Shown one piece after another: positions 1 to 12,900 of a DNA stretch of 38,200 bases; position 1 is the stretch's first letter, and every line of letters begins with the position of its first letter. Made by a program: the position numbers and the translations under genes. The notes below the pieces were generated by a model that was not told the DNA's origin, did not search any database, and saw only the letters and a list, made by a program, of their open reading frames with translations. Origin of the DNA: Azolla caroliniana (Eukaryota > Plantae > Polypodiophyta); NCBI GenBank assembly GCA_043228905.1, contig JBHGNT010000296.1, positions 1-38,200 of the forward strand. The letters are read 5' to 3'.

Positions 1-178
1 AGCTATGATATGGAATTAAAAAATCAAGATTTTGAAACTCAGGTCGAGAGACATGACGAAATTTCCAAATTTGAGGAGGGAGTTGAGAAGAGCTAGTAGG
101 TAAATTACACTGTTCATACCTGGTTCGTGTGATATCGGATTTTTGTGTTCAAACATGCGAATCGAAGCTAACAACGCT
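1..178 (+). repeat. Exemplar class A monomer (178 bp)
   Basis: Diagnostic core ATTTCCAAATTTGAGGAGGGAGTTGAGAAGAGCTAGTAGGTAAATTACACTG...TGGTTCG; ~49 copies. Confidence 0.95.
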
Positions 179-355
179 AGCTATGATATGGAATTAAAAA
201 TCAAGATTTTGCAACTCAAGTCGAGAGACATGAAGAAATTACCAAATTTGAGGAGTGAGGTTGGAAGAGCGCGTGAGTGAATTAAAATGTTCATACCTGG
301 CTCGTGTGATATCGGATTTTTGTGTTCAAACATGCAAATCGAAGCTAACAACGCT
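179..355 (+). repeat. Exemplar class B monomer (177 bp)
   Basis: A5 rather than A6 tract, TTTTGCAACTCAAG, ATTACC, GAGGTTGGAAGAGCGCGTGAGTGAATT; ~70 copies. Confidence 0.95.
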
Positions 356-710
356 AGCTATGATATGGAATTAAAAATCAAGATTTTGCAAGTCAAGTCG
401 AGAGACATGAAGAAATTACCAAATTTGAGGAGTGAGGTTGGAAGAGCGCGTGAGTGAATTAAAATGTTCATACCTGGCTCGTGTGATATCGGATTTTTGT
501 GTTCAAAAATGAAAATCGAAGCTAACAACGCTAGCTATGATATGGAATTAAAAAATCAAGATTTTGAAACTAAGGTCGAGAGGCATGACGAAATTAGCAA
601 ATTTGAGGAGTGAGTTGAGAGGAGCCCTTGAGTAAATTAAAATGTTCATACCTGGCTCATGTGATATCGGATTTTTTTGTTCAAACATGCGAATCGAAGC
701 TAGCAACGCT

Positions 711-888
711 AGCTATGATATGGAATTAAAAAATCAAGATTTTGAAACTAAGGTCGAGAGACAAGACGAAATTAGCAAATTTGAGGAGTGAGTTGAGAGG
801 AGCCCTTGAGTAAATTAAAATGTTCATACCTGGCTCGTGTGATATCGGATTTTTGTGTTCAAACATGCGAATCGAAGCTAACAACGCT
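711..888 (+). repeat. Exemplar class C monomer (178 bp)
   Basis: ATTAGC and GAGTTGAGAGGAGCCCTTGAGTAAATT; ~96 copies in at least six position-specific subtypes (C1 GAGGCATG/T7, C2 ACAAGACG, C3 CAAAATTTGG, C4 AAAATTTTC+GCAAAT, C5 GTACAA, C6 ACTAAAG). Confidence 0.95.
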
Positions 889-1402
889 AGCTATGATATG
901 GAATTAAAAAATCAAAATTTGGAAACTAAGGTCGAGAGACATGACGAAATTAGCAAATTTGAGGAGTGAGTTGAGAGGAGCCCTTGAGTAAATTAAAATG
1001 TTCATACCTAGCGAGCGTGATATCGGATTTTTGTGTTCAAACATGCGAATCGAAGCTAACAACGCTAGCTATGATATGGAATTAAAAAATCAAGATTTTG
1101 AAACTCAGGTCGAGAGACATGACGAAATTTCCAAATTTGAGGAGGGAGTTGAGTAGAGCTAGTAGGTAAATTACACTGTTCATACCTGGTTCGTGTGATA
1201 TCGGATTTTTGTGTTCAAACATGCGAATCGAAGCTAACAACGCTAGCTATGATATGGAATTAAAAATCAAGATTTTGCAACTCAAGTCGAGAGACATGAA
1301 GAAATTACCAAATTTGAGGAGTGAGGTTGGAAGAGCGCGTGAGTGAATTAAAATGTTCATACCTGGCTCGTGTGATATCGGATTTTTGTGTTCAAACATG
1401 CA

Positions 1403-4400
1403 AATCGAAGCTAACAACGCTAGCTATGATATGGAATTAAAAATCAAGATTTTGCAAGTCAAGTCGAGAGACATGAAGAAATTACCAAATTTGAGGAGTG
1501 AGGTTGGAAGAGCGCGTGAGTGAATTAAAATGTTCATACCTGGCTCGTGTGATATCGGATTTTTGTGTTCAAAAATGAAAATCGAAGCTAACAACGCTAG
1601 CTATGATATGGAATTAAAAAATCAAGATTTTGAAACTAAGGTCGAGAGGCATGACGAAATTAGCAAATTTGAGGAGTGAGTTGAGAGGAGCCCTTGAGTA
1701 AATTAAAATGTTCATACCTGGCTCATGTGATATCGGATTTTTTTGTTCAAACATGCGAATCGAAGCTAGCAACGCTAGCTATGATATGGAATTAAAAAAT
1801 CAAGATTTTGAAACTAAGGTCGAGAGACAAGACGAAATTAGCAAATTTGAGGAGTGAGTTGAGAGGAGCCCTTGAGTAAATTAAAATGTTCATACCTGGC
1901 TCGTGTGATATCGGATTTTTGTGTTCAAACATGCGAATCGAAGCTAACAACGCTAGCTATGATATGGAATTAAAAAATCAAAATTTGGAAACTAAGGTCG
2001 AGAGACATGACGAAATTAGCAAATTTGAGGAGTGAGTTGAGAGGAGCCCTTGAGTAAATTAAAATTTTCATACCTAGCGAGCGTGATATCGGATTTTTGT
2101 GTTCAAACATGCGAATCGAAGCTAACAACGCTAGCTATGATATGGAATTAAAAAATCAAGATTTTGAAACTCAGGTCGAGAGACATGACGAAATTAGCAA
2201 ATTTGAGGAGTGAGTTGAGAGGAGCCCTTGAGTAAATTAAAATTTTCATACCTGGCTCGTGTGATATCGGATTTTTGTGTTCAAACATGCAAATCGAAGC
2301 TAACAACGCTAGCTATGATATGGAATTAAAAAATCAAGATTTTGAAACTCAGGTCGAGAGACATGACGAAATTTCCAAATTTGAGGAGGGAGTTGAGAAG
2401 AGCTAGTAGGTAAATTACACTGTTCATACCTGGTTCGTGTGATATCGGATTTTTGTGTTCAAACATGCGAATCGAAGCTAACAACGCTAGCTATGATATG
2501 GAATTAAAAATCAAGATTTTGCAACTCAAGTCGAGAGACATGACGAAATTACCAAATTTGAGGAGTGAGGTTGGAAGAGCGCGTGAGTGAATTAAAATGT
2601 TCATACCTGGCTCGTGTGATATCGGATTTTTGTGTTCAAACATGCAAATCGAAGCTAACAACGCTAGCTATGATATGGAATTAAAAATCAAGATTTTGCA
2701 ACTCAAGTCGAGACACATGAAGAAATTACCAAATTTGAGGAGTGAGGTTGGAAGAGCGCGTGAGTGAATTAAAATGTTCATACCTGGCTCGTGTGATATC
2801 GGATTTTTGTGTTCAAACATGCAAATCGAAGCTAACAACGCTAGCTATGATATGGAATTAAAAATCAAGATTTTGCAACTCAAGTCGAGAGACATGAAGA
2901 AATTACCAAATTTGAGGAGTGAGGTTGGAAGAGCGCGTGAGTGAATTAAAATGTTCATACCTGGCTCGTGTGATATCGGATTTTTGTGTTCAAACATGCA
3001 AATCGAAGCTAACAACGCTAGCTATGATATGGAATTAAAAAATCAAGATTTTGAAACTCAGGTCGAGAGACATGACGAAATTTCCAAATTTGAGGAGGGA
3101 GTTGAGAAGAGCTAGTAGGTAAATTACACTGTTCATACCTGGTTCGTGTGATATCGGATTTTTGTGTTCAAACATGCGAATCGAAGCTAACAACGCTAGC
3201 TATGCTATGGAATTAAAAATCAAGATTTTGCAACTCAAGTCGAGAGACATGACGAAATTACCAAATTTGAGGAGTGAGGTTGGAAGAGCGCGTGAGTGAA
3301 TTAAAATGTTCATACCTGGCTCGTGTGATATCGGATTTTTGTGTTCAAACATGCAAGTCGAAGCTAACAACGTTAGCTATGATATGGAATTAAAAAATCA
3401 AGATTTTGAAACTCAGGTCGAGAGACATGACGAAATTTCCAAATTTGAGGAGTGAGTTGAGAAGAGCTAGTAGGTAAATTACACTGTTCATACCTGGTTC
3501 GTGTGATATCGGATTTTTGTGTTCAAACATGCGAATCGAAGCTAAGAACGCTAGCTATGATATGGAATTAAAAAATCAAGATTTTGAAACCCAGGTCGAG
3601 AGACATGACGAAATTAGCAAATTTGAGGAGTGAGTTGAGAGGAGCCCTTGAGTAAATTAAAATGTTCATACCTAGCGAGTGTGATATCGGATTTTTGTGT
3701 ACAAACATGCGAATCGAAGCTAACAACGCTAGCTATGATATGGAATTAAAAAATCAAGATTTTGAAACTAAAGTCGAGAGACATGACGAAATTAGCAAAT
3801 TTGAGGAGTGAGTTGAGAGGAGCCCTTGAGTAAATTAAAATGTTCATACCTAGCGAGCGTGATATCGGATTTTTGTGTTCAAACATGCGAATCGAAGCTA
3901 ACAACGCTAGCTATGATATGGAATTAAAAAATCAAGATTTTGAAACTCAGGTCGAGAGACATGACGAAATTTCCAAATTTGAGGAGGGAGTTGAGAAGAG
4001 CTAGTAGGTAAATTACACTGTTCATACCTGGTTCGTGTGATATCGGATTTTTGTGTTCAAACATGCGAATCGAAGCTAACAACGCTAGCTATGATATGGA
4101 ATTAAAAATCAAGATTTTGCAACTCAAGTCGAGAGACATGAAGAAATTACCAAATTTGAGGAGTGAGGTTGGAAGAGCGCGTGAGTGAATTAAAATGTTC
4201 ATACCTGGCTCGTGTGATATCGGATTTTTGTGTTCAAACATGCAAATCGAAGCTAACAACGCTAGCTATGATATGGAATTAAAAATCAAGATTTTGCAAC
4301 TCAAGTCGAGAGACATGAAGAAATTACCAAATTTGAGGAGTGAGGTTGGAAGAGCGCGTGAGTGAATTAAAATGTTCATACCTGGCTCGTGTGATATCGG

Positions 4401-7400
4401 ATTTTTGTGTTCAAAAATGAAAATCGAAGCTAACAACGCTAGCTATGATATGGAATTAAAAAATCAAGATTTTGAAACTAAGGTCGAGAGGCATGACGAA
4501 ATTAGCAAATTTGAGGAGTGAGTTGAGAGGAGCCCTTGAGTAAATTAAAATGTTCATACCTGGCTCGTGTGATATCGGATTTTTTTGTTCAAACATGCGA
4601 ATCGAAGCTAGCAACGCTAGCTATGATATGGAATTAAAAAATCAAGATTTTGAAACTAAGGTCGAGAGACAAGACGAAATTAGCAAATTTGAGGAGTGAG
4701 TTGAGAGGAGCCCTTGAGTAAATTAAAATGTTCATACCTGGCTCGTGTGATATCGGATTTTTGTGTTCAAACATGCGAATCGAAGCTAACAACGCTAGCT
4801 ATGATATGGAATTAAAAAATCAAAATTTGGAAACTAAGATCGAGAGACATGACGAAATTAGCAAATTTGAGGAGTGAGTTGAGAGGAGCCCTTGAGTAAA
4901 TTAAAATTTTCATACCTAGCGAGCGTGATATCGGATTTTTGTGTTCAAACATGCGAATCGAAGCTAACAACGCTAGCTATGATATGGAATTAAAAAATCA
5001 AGATTTTGAAACTCAGGTCGAGAGACATGACGAAATTAGCAAATTTGAGGAGTGAGTTGAGAGGAGCCCTTGAGTAAATTAAAATTTTCATACCTGGCTC
5101 GTGTGATATCGGATTTTTGTGTTCAAACATGCAAATCGAAGCTAACAACGCTAGCTATGATATGGAATTAAAAAATCAAGATTTTGAAACTCAGGTCGAG
5201 AGACATGACGAAATTTCCAAATTTGAGGAGGGAGTTGAGAAGAGCTAGTAGGTAAATTACACTGTTCATACCTGGTTCGTGTGATATCGGATTTTTGTGT
5301 TCAAACATGCGAATCGAAGCTAACAACGCTAGCTATGCTATGGAATTAAAAATCAAGATTTTGCAACTCAAGTCGAGAGACATGACGAAATTACCAAATT
5401 TGAGGAGTGAGGTTGGAAGAGCGCGTGAGTGAATTAAAATGTTCATACCTGGCTCGTGTGATATCGGATTTTTGTGTTCAAACATGCAAGTCGAAGCTAA
5501 CAACGTTAGCTATGATATGGAATTAAAAAATCAAGATTTTGAAACTCAGGTCGAGAGACATGACGAAATTAGCAAATTTGAGGAGTGAGTTGAGAGGAGC
5601 CCTTGAGTAAATTAAAATGTTCATACCTAGCGAGCGTGATATCGGATTTTTGTGTTCAAACATGCGAATCGAAGCTAACAACGCTAGCTATGATATGGAA
5701 TTAAAAATCAAGATTTTGCAAGTCAAGTCGAGAGACATGAAGAAATTACCAAATTTGAGGAGTGAGGTTGGAAGAGCGCGTGAGTGAATTAAAATGTTCA
5801 TACCTGGCTCGTGTGATATCGGATTTTTGTGTTCAAAAATGAAAATCGAAGCTAACAACGCTAGCTATGATATGGAATTAAAAAATCAAGATTTTGAAAC
5901 TAAGGTCGAGAGGCATGACGAAATTAGCAAATTTGAGGAGTGAGTTGAGAGGAGCCCTTGAGTAAATTAAAATGTTCATACCTGGCTCATGTGATATCGG
6001 ATTTTTTTGTTCAAACATGCGAATCGAAGCTAGCAACGCTAGCTATGATATGGAATTAAAAAATCAAGATTTTGAAACTAAGGTCGAGAGACAAGACGAA
6101 ATTAGCAAATTTGAGGAGTGAGTTGAGAGGAGCCCTTGAGTAAATTAAAATGTTCATACCTGGCTCGTGTGATATCGGATTTTTGTGTTCAAACATGCGA
6201 ATCGAAGCTAACAACGCTAGCTATGATATGGAATTAAAAAATCAAAATTTGGAAACTAAGGTCGAGAGACATGACGAAATTAGCAAATTTGAGGAGTGAG
6301 TTGAGAGGAGCCCTTGAGTAAATTAAAATTTTCATACCTAGCGAGCGTGATATCGGATTTTTGTGTTCAAACATGCGAATCGAAGCTAACAACGCTAGCT
6401 ATGATATGGAATTAAAAAATCAAGATTTTGAAACTCAGGTCGAGAGACATGACGAAATTAGCAAATTTGAGGAGTGAGTTGAGAGGAGCCCTTGAGTAAA
6501 TTAAAATTTTCATACCTGGCTCGTGTGATATCGGATTTTTGTGTTCAAACATGCAAATCGAAGCTAACAACGCTAGCTATGATATGGAATTAAAAAATCA
6601 AGATTTTGAAACTCAGGTCGAGAGACATGACGAAATTTCCAAATTTGAGGAGGGAGTTGAGAAGAGCTAGTAGGTAAATTACACTGTTCATACCTGGTTC
6701 GTGTGATATCGGATTTTTGTGTTCAAACATGCGAATCGAAGCTAACAACGCTAGCTATGATATGGAATTAAAAATCAAGATTTTGCAACTCAAGTCGAGA
6801 GACATGACGAAATTACCAAATTTGAGGAGTGAGGTTGGAAGAGCGCGTGAGTGAATTAAAATGTTCATACCTGGCTCGTGTGATATCGGATTTTTGTGTT
6901 CAAACATGCAAATCGAAGCTAACAACGCTAGCTATGATATGGAATTAAAAATCAAGATTTTGCAACTCAAGTCGAGACACATGAAGAAATTACCAAATTT
7001 GAGGAGTGAGGTTGGAAGAGCGCGTGAGTGAATTAAAATGTTCATACCTGGCTCGTGTGATATCGGATTTTTGTGTTCAAACATGCAAATCGAAGCTAAC
7101 AACGCTAGCTATGATATGGAATTAAAAATCAAGATTTTGCAACTCAAGTCGAGAGACATGAAGAAATTACCAAATTTGAGGAGTGAGGTTGGAAGAGCGC
7201 GTGAGTGAATTAAAATGTTCATACCTGGCTCGTGTGATATCGGATTTTTGTGTTCAAACATGCAAATCGAAGCTAACAACGCTAGCTATGATATGGAATT
7301 AAAAAATCAAGATTTTGAAACTCAGGTCGAGAGACATGACGAAATTTCCAAATTTGAGGAGGGAGTTGAGAAGAGCTAGTAGGTAAATTACACTGTTCAT

Positions 7401-9971
7401 ACCTGGTTCGTGTGATATCGGATTTTTGTGTTCAAACATGCGAATCGAAGCTAACAACGCTAGCTATGCTATGGAATTAAAAATCAAGATTTTGCAACTC
7501 AAGTCGAGAGACATGACGAAATTACCAAATTTGAGGAGTGAGGTTGGAAGAGCGCGTGAGTGAATTAAAATGTTCATACCTGGCTCGTGTGATATCGGAT
7601 TTTTGTGTTCAAACATGCAAGTCGAAGCTAACAACGTTAGCTATGATATGGAATTAAAAAATCAAGATTTTGAAACTCAGGTCGAGAGACATGACGAAAT
7701 TTCCAAATTTGAGGAGTGAGTTGAGAAGAGCTAGTAGGTAAATTACACTGTTCATACCTGGTTCGTGTGATATCGGATTTTTGTGTTCAAACATGCGAAT
7801 CGAAGCTAAGAACGCTAGCTATGATATGGAATTAAAAAATCAAGATTTTGAAACCCAGGTCGAGAGACATGACGAAATTAGCAAATTTGAGGAGTGAGTT
7901 GAGAGGAGCCCTTGAGTAAATTAAAATGTTCATACCTAGCGAGTGTGATATCGGATTTTTGTGTACAAACATGCGAATCGAAGCTAACAACGCTAGCTAT
8001 GATATGGAATTAAAAAATCAAGATTTTGAAACTAAAGTCGAGAGACATGACGAAATTAGCAAATTTGAGGAGTGAGTTGAGAGGAGCCCTTGAGTAAATT
8101 AAAATGTTCATACCTAGCGAGCGTGATATCGGATTTTTGTGTTCAAACATGCGAATCGAAGCTAACAACGCTAGCTATGATATGGAATTAAAAAATCAAG
8201 ATTTTGAAACTCAGGTCGAGAGACATGACGAAATTTCCAAATTTGAGGAGGGAGTTGAGAAGAGCTAGTAGGTAAATTACACTGTTCATACCTGGTTCGT
8301 GTGATATCGGATTTTTGTGTTCAAACATGCGAATCGAAGCTAACAACGCTAGCTATGATATGGAATTAAAAATCAAGATTTTGCAACTCAAGTCGAGAGA
8401 CATGAAGAAATTACCAAATTTGAGGAGTGAGGTTGGAAGAGCGCGTGAGTGAATTAAAATGTTCATACCTGGCTCGTGTGATATCGGATTTTTGTGTTCA
8501 AACATGCAAATCGAAGCTAACAACGCTAGCTATGATATGGAATTAAAAATCAAGATTTTGCAACTCAAGTCGAGAGACATGAAGAAATTACCAAATTTGA
8601 GGAGTGAGGTTGGAAGAGCGCGTGAGTGAATTAAAATGTTCATACCTGGCTCGTGTGATATCGGATTTTTGTGTTCAAAAATGAAAATCGAAGCTAACAA
8701 CGCTAGCTATGATATGGAATTAAAAAATCAAGATTTTGAAACTAAGGTCGAGAGGCATGACGAAATTAGCAAATTTGAGGAGTGAGTTGAGAGGAGCCCT
8801 TGAGTAAATTAAAATGTTCATACCTGGCTCGTGTGATATCGGATTTTTTTGTTCAAACATGCGAATCGAAGCTAGCAACGCTAGCTATGATATGGAATTA
8901 AAAAATCAAGATTTTGAAACTAAGGTCGAGAGACAAGACGAAATTAGCAAATTTGAGGAGTGAGTTGAGAGGAGCCCTTGAGTAAATTAAAATGTTCATA
9001 CCTGGCTCGTGTGATATCGGATTTTTGTGTTCAAACATGCGAATCGAAGCTAACAACGCTAGCTATGATATGGAATTAAAAAATCAAAATTTGGAAACTA
9101 AGATCGAGAGACATGACGAAATTAGCAAATTTGAGGAGTGAGTTGAGAGGAGCCCTTGAGTAAATTAAAATTTTCATACCTAGCGAGCGTGATATCGGAT
9201 TTTTGTGTTCAAACATGCGAATCGAAGCTAACAACGCTAGCTATGATATGGAATTAAAAAATCAAGATTTTGAAACTCAGGTCGAGAGACATGACGAAAT
9301 TAGCAAATTTGAGGAGTGAGTTGAGAGGAGCCCTTGAGTAAATTAAAATTTTCATACCTGGCTCGTGTGATATCGGATTTTTGTGTTCAAACATGCAAAT
9401 CGAAGCTAACAACGCTAGCTATGATATGGAATTAAAAAATCAAGATTTTGAAACTCAGGTCGAGAGACATGACGAAATTTCCAAATTTGAGGAGGGAGTT
9501 GAGAAGAGCTAGTAGGTAAATTACACTGTTCATACCTGGTTCGTGTGATATCGGATTTTTGTGTTCAAACATGCGAATCGAAGCTAACAACGCTAGCTAT
9601 GCTATGGAATTAAAAATCAAGATTTTGCAACTCAAGTCGAGAGACATGACGAAATTACCAAATTTGAGGAGTGAGGTTGGAAGAGCGCGTGAGTGAATTA
9701 AAATGTTCATACCTGGCTCGTGTGATATCGGATTTTTGTGTTCAAACATGCAAGTCGAAGCTAACAACGTTAGCTATGATATGGAATTAAAAAATCAAGA
9801 TTTTGAAACTCAGGTCGAGAGACATGACGAAATTAGCAAATTTGAGGAGTGAGTTGAGAGGAGCCCTTGAGTAAATTAAAATGTTCATACCTAGCGAGCG
9901 TGATATCGGATTTTTGTGTTCAAACATGCGAATCGAAGCTAACAACGCTAGCTATGATATGGAATTAAAAA
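1403..9971 (+). repeat. 24-monomer tandem duplication (period 4264 bp)
   Basis: Monomers 1422-5685 and 5686-9949 have the same subtype order and rare markers (AAACCCAGG, GAGACACATG, TAAGATCG). Confidence 0.9.
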
Positions 9972-12900
9972 ATCAAGATTTTGAAACTCAGGTCGAGAGA
10001 CATGACGAAATTTCCAAATTTGAGGAGGGAGTTGAGAAGAGCTAGTAGGTAAATTACACTGTTCATACCTGGTTCGTGTGATATCGGATTTTTGTGTTCA
10101 AACATGCGAATCGAAGCTAACAACGCTAGCTATGATATGGAATTAAAAATCAAGATTTTGCAACTCAAGTCGAGAGACATGAAGAAATTACCAAATTTGA
10201 GGAGTGAGGTTGGAAGAGCGCGTGAGTGAATTAAAATGTTCATACCTGGCTCGTGTGATATCGGATTTTTGTGTTCAAACATGCAAATCGAAGCTAACAA
10301 CGCTAGCTATGATATGGAATTAAAAATCAAGATTTTGCAAGTCAAGTCGAGAGACATGAAGAAATTACCAAATTTGAGGAGTGAGGTTGGAAGAGCGCGT
10401 GAGTGAATTAAAATGTTCATACCTGGCTCGTGTGATATCGGATTTTTGTGTTCAAAAATGAAAATCGAAGCTAACAACGCTAGCTATGATATGGAATTAA
10501 AAAATCAAGATTTTGAAACTAAGGTCGAGAGGCATGACGAAATTAGCAAATTTGAGGAGTGAGTTGAGAGGAGCCCTTGAGTAAATTAAAATGTTCATAC
10601 CTGGCTCATGTGATATCGGATTTTTTTGTTCAAACATGCGAATCGAAGCTAGCAACGCTAGCTATGATATGGAATTAAAAAATCAAGATTTTGAAACTAA
10701 GGTCGAGAGACAAGACGAAATTAGCAAATTTGAGGAGTGAGTTGAGAGGAGCCCTTGAGTAAATTAAAATGTTCATACCTGGCTCGTGTGATATCGGATT
10801 TTTGTGTTCAAACATGCGAATCGAAGCTAACAACGCTAGCTATGATATGGAATTAAAAAATCAAAATTTGGAAACTAAGGTCGAGAGACATGACGAAATT
10901 AGCAAATTTGAGGAGTGAGTTGAGAGGAGCCCTTGAGTAAATTAAAATTTTCATACCTAGCGAGCGTGATATCGGATTTTTGTGTTCAAACATGCGAATC
11001 GAAGCTAACAATGCTAGCTATGATATGGAATTAAAAAATCAAGATTTTGAAACTCAGGTCGAGAGACATGACGAAATTAGCAAATTTGAGGAGTGAGTTG
11101 AGAGGAGCCCTTGAGTAAATTAAAATTTTCATACCTGGCTCGTGTGATATCGGATTTTTGTGTTCAAACATGCAAATCGAAGCTAACAACGCTAGCTATG
11201 ATATGGAATTAAAAAATCAAGATTTTGAAACTCAGGTCGAGAGACATGACGAAATTTCCAAATTTGAGGAGGGAGTTGAGAAGAGCTAGTAGGTAAATTA
11301 CACTGTTCATACCTGGTTCGTGTGATATCGGATTTTTGTGTTCAAACATGCGAATCGAAGCTAACAACGCTAGCTATGATATGGAATTAAAAATCAAGAT
11401 TTTGCAACTCAAGTCGAGAGACATGACGAAATTACCAAATTTGAGGAGTGAGGTTGGAAGAGCGCGTGAGTGAATTAAAATGTTCATACCTGGCTCGTGT
11501 GATATCGGATTTTTGTGTTCAAACATGCAAATCGAAGCTAACAACGCTAGCTATGATATGGAATTAAAAATCAAGATTTTGCAACTCAAGTCGAGACACA
11601 TGAAGAAATTACCAAATTTGAGGAGTGAGGTTGGAAGAGCGCGTGAGTGAATTAAAATGTTCATACCTGGCTCGTGTGATATCGGATTTTTGTGTTCAAA
11701 CATGCAAATCGAAGCTAACAACGCTAGCTATGATATGGAATTAAAAATCAAGATTTTGCAACTCAAGTCGAGAGACATGAAGAAATTACCAAATTTGAGG
11801 AGTGAGGTTGGAAGAGCGCGTGAGTGAATTAAAATGTTCATACCTGGCTCGTGTGATATCGGATTTTTGTGTTCAAACATGCAAGTCGAAGCTAACAACG
11901 TTAGCTATGATATGGAATTAAAAAATCAAGATTTTGAAACTCAGGTCGAGAGACATGACGAAATTTCCAAATTTGAGGAGGGAGTTGAGAAGAGCTAGTA
12001 GGTAAATTACACTGTTCATACCTGGTTCGTGTGATATCGGATTTTTGTGTTCAAACATGCGAATCGAAGCTAAGAACGCTAGCTATGATATGGAATTAAA
12101 AAATCAAGATTTTGAAACTCAGGTCGAGAGACATGACGAAATTAGCAAATTTGAGGAGTGAGTTGAGAGGAGCCCTTGAGTAAATTAAAATGTTCATACC
12201 TAGCGAGTGTGATATCGGATTTTTGTGTACAAACATGCGAATCGAAGCTAACAACGCTAGCTATGATATGGAATTAAAAAATCAAGATTTTGAAACTAAA
12301 GTCGAGAGACATGACGAAATTTCCAAATTTGAGGAGGGAGTTGAGAAGAGCTAGTAGGTAAATTACACTGTTCATACCTGGTTCGTGTGATATCGGATTT
12401 TTGTGTTCAAACATGCGAATCGAAGCTAACAACGCTAGCTATGCTATGGAATTAAAAATCAAGATTTTGCAACTCAAGTCGAGAGACATGACGAAATTAC
12501 CAAATTTGAGGAGTGAGGTTGGAAGAGCGCGTGAGTGAATTAAAATGTTCATACCTGGCTCGTGTGATATCGGATTTTTGTGTTCAAACATGCGAATCGA
12601 AGCTAACAACGCTAGCTATGATATGGAATTAAAAATCAAGATTTTGCAACTCAAGTCGAGAGACATGAAGAAATTACCAAATTTGAGGAGTGAGGTTGGA
12701 AGAGCGCGTGAGTGAATTAAAATGTTCATACCTGGCTCGTGTGATATCGGATTTTTGTGTTCAAACATGCAAATCGAAGCTAACAACGCTAGCTATGATA
12801 TGGAATTAAAAATCAAGATTTTGCAACTCAAGTCGAGACACATGAAGAAATTACCAAATTTGAGGAGTGAGGTTGGAAGAGCGCGTGAGTGAATTAAAAT

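Larger units (their letters stand above)
1..2132 (+). repeat. Tandem pair of 6-mer blocks (period 1066 bp)
   Basis: 1-1066 and 1067-2132 both read A-B1-B2-C1-C2-C3 with the same subtype SNPs (GCAAGTC, CTCATG). They differ at 1154 and at AAAATG/AAAATT in C3. Confidence 0.85.

Noticed and set aside
71-100. G-quadruplex or telomere-like motif in the G-rich core
   Set aside because: Only one GGG run (in class A) and no tandem TTAGG, TTAGGG or TTTAGGG repeats.
14-153. 10-bp phased A/T tracts (intrinsic curvature)
   Set aside because: A/T tracts are present but their spacing is irregular by eye; a periodicity or curvature computation is required before any claim.
1-178. Assignment to Arabidopsis CEN178, Brassica CentBr or primate alpha satellite
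   Set aside because: The length is similar but the sequence does not resemble those consensuses as I recall them (for example, no AAGCTT HindIII site). A database search is needed to name the family.
1-178. Tandem 5S rRNA, tRNA or snRNA gene array
   Set aside because: No recognisable 5S, tRNA cloverleaf or Pol III A/B/C-box sequence on either strand.
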